Source: the human T2T-CHM13v2.0 reference genome, Homo sapiens. Taken from it: a DNA stretch of 64,000 nt. The position numbers were made by a program, and so were the translations under genes. The stretch lies in assembly GCF_009914755.1 (NCBI RefSeq), contig NC_060925.1. One strand, 5' to 3'. This document shows, piece after piece, positions 60,546-64,000 of the stretch (positions within the stretch are counted from its first letter, which is position 1; each line of letters begins with the position of its first letter). The notes under the pieces were generated by a model, which ran no database searches, was not told the origin of the DNA, and saw only the letters and a list, made by a program, of their open reading frames with translations.

Positions 60546-62156
60546 AGGATGGCTAGGTCTTAAAGAGGCTAAATCAGGCTTGAGATCCACGGATTCTGGT
60601 GCAGTTCCTTCAAAGACCCAGATAGGGAAACTGCCTCGGCCAAGGACACAGCACTAGTTGAAGACACAGCTGGCCCTTGCCCCCCGCTGCCCCTGCCACA
60701 CAGATCTGTGCTGTTCCTATCACATGCCCTTTTTATGGTTGCTGGAGCAGAAGGTGAAGGTGAGGCGGGTGGTACTGGGGGTAAGCAGAGAGTGGATAGA
60801 GCTGCCACTGGGCAGGGTCTGGGCACTTAACACCAAATGCCCAGTTTACTATGGAAAGCAAAGCTTGACTCTGCTATAATGTGGAATGCACGTGGTGTTT
60901 CCACAGAGTCAAAAGCGACATCAAATGCCAACTGGAACTGTTATGCTTCTAGAACCTCCTGGAAGGCAGGAGCTGGGGGTCTTTTAATGAGAGACAAAAG
61001 CATGGCGAGAGTTGGGTGTTGACAAGCAATTGCTCTTGCTTGTCTGGAAGGGACGTGGAAGCCAAAGGGAGGGCAGCGGCTCATTCATTCCTTCAGGGAG
61101 CGTGTCTGGTGGGCCTCCTCTGCACCAGGCCCTGGGCAGGGGGCCAGGCAAAGGGATGAGGCAGACACAGACACTGCCCTCAGGGGATTCTGGGGACCCA
61201 AGCTTGGCAGAGGAGGGGGCTGGGGAGCAGGAGGTGGACAGCCCTCAGTTGGGCCAGGGGGAGAAGGCTGCACGCAGCTGGCAGAGTGGCCAGACACAAT
61301 AAACACTCCCATCCCTCCCGTCCCTCCAGGACAGGGACCAACAAGACCTATTCCCCGCGAAGATTCTCTAGGGGCTCCACGCTGCTGCTTCTCTCAGAGC
61401 CTGTTCCCTGCCCTCAGCGAGGATTTGGCTTGTAAGGCCCTCAGCTCTAGCAGAGGCCCTGGCTCAAGTATGGAAAACATACTCCATACATGTTTGTTGA
61501 ATGAATGAATGATTGTAAGATGATGCCATTTCATGTCTAAGACTGACTGGGGTTATGTAATTATGACTTTGAAAGATCGTGCTTTGGTGATAGGAGGAGC
61601 AGCTGGGTCATGCAGGAAGTATCAAGGGTGTTGGTGTATACTTAGGAATCAATTTCTCTGTCCTGCAAATGATCTGAGAGCCAGAGACATCTGGAAATCA
61701 GGGTTTGTGTGAGGGACATCTTTGTAGGGCTAATTCCTAGAGAGGAACTGAATAGCTGTGTTCTCCTAGGAAAATGAGAAAAGTATAAGGTTGGCTCCGG
61801 ATGTGAGATGATGAACTCCCAGCCTTAGAGGCTCCTGGTAGATGTGGATGATGCCAGACATACCAGCCAGGAAGATGGGCTGCCGCAGCCCAGCTGCACT
61901 GACGGAGGCGGAGTGTGGGGCTGGGATAGGGCGTATGCTTGGCACAGGCCTGGCAGGATGGGAGGAAGCGGGCAAGGGTGGGAAGGGAGAAGAATGGCTG
62001 TGGGGCCCTGGGAGGAGGGGCCTCCCTCCCCAAGGAAAAGCCACGTGGGGTAGGGAGAGAGCAGATACAATGGCAACAGTGGTCAGCAGTCAACCAAGAG
62101 GCCCGGGATGGATGTCACTGAGGAAACTGGATCTGGACTTGCCACATATTAGCCTT

Positions 62157-63477
<1,321 letters not shown>

Positions 63478-63843
63478 TCATGGGTGTGTCATGAAGCAGA
63501 AGACAGCCTTCCCCTGTGGGTGGCTAGAAGCTCCGTCCCTCCCGTCAGACGGTGAGCACCCCAAAGGCAGGGGCTGTGCTCCCCACAGGGTCGGGGAGGG
63601 AGGGACCACTTCCTCCTCTCTGCATCTCCTGCCAGTCTCTAGAACAGAGCGCTGCCCACTTCACTGGTGGCAACCCACATTCCAGCTGGTGACAACCCAC
63701 AGGACCCCCTGCCTCCATCGGAGGCCCCGAGAGACCCTCCTCTTGTGGCAGGGGCCCACCAACATGGGTGGGACTCCCACTACAAAGCCCTGGCACAGAG
63801 CAGAGGGTGGTCTGTGCCCAGGGCTGGCCCTTGCCGCTGCTCA

Positions 63844-63999
<156 letters not shown>

Positions 64000-64000
64000 C

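Overview
Human genomic DNA (recognised as chr1q32.1) with two minus-strand genes in tandem. Right part (~36460-64000): the 3' half of CACNA1S (CaV1.1 alpha-1S, skeletal muscle L-type Ca2+ channel), exons 20-44. It encodes repeats III and IV, the alternatively spliced exon 29, the IQ domain and the C-terminus. Left part (1-~20660): the CpG-island promoter and exons 1-8 of KIF21B (kinesin-4 motor domain), which continues past position 1. I placed all 33 coding exons on splice dinucleotides and their phases join into open frames. Residue numbers assume the 1873-aa CaV1.1 reference; exon numbers follow the standard gene models as I recall them. The rest is intron or intergenic sequence with ~16 Alus, older L1/L2/MIR/MER/MLT fragments and microsatellites. 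Nearly all long ORFs in the supplied track are spurious. I see no new multi-gene system. The best leads are small: a ~100-bp young L1 insertion carrying a 3' transduction between TSDs; a ~510-bp TSD-flanked retroposed 3'UTR-like segment; a Cys at IQ-domain residue 1539 (known R1539C allele); an in-frame tandem donor after CACNA1S exon 38; a GC donor after exon 32; two KIF21B uORFs, one with a cryptic donor in phase with exon 2; and a 1.1-kb UG-rich repeat with higher-order structure.
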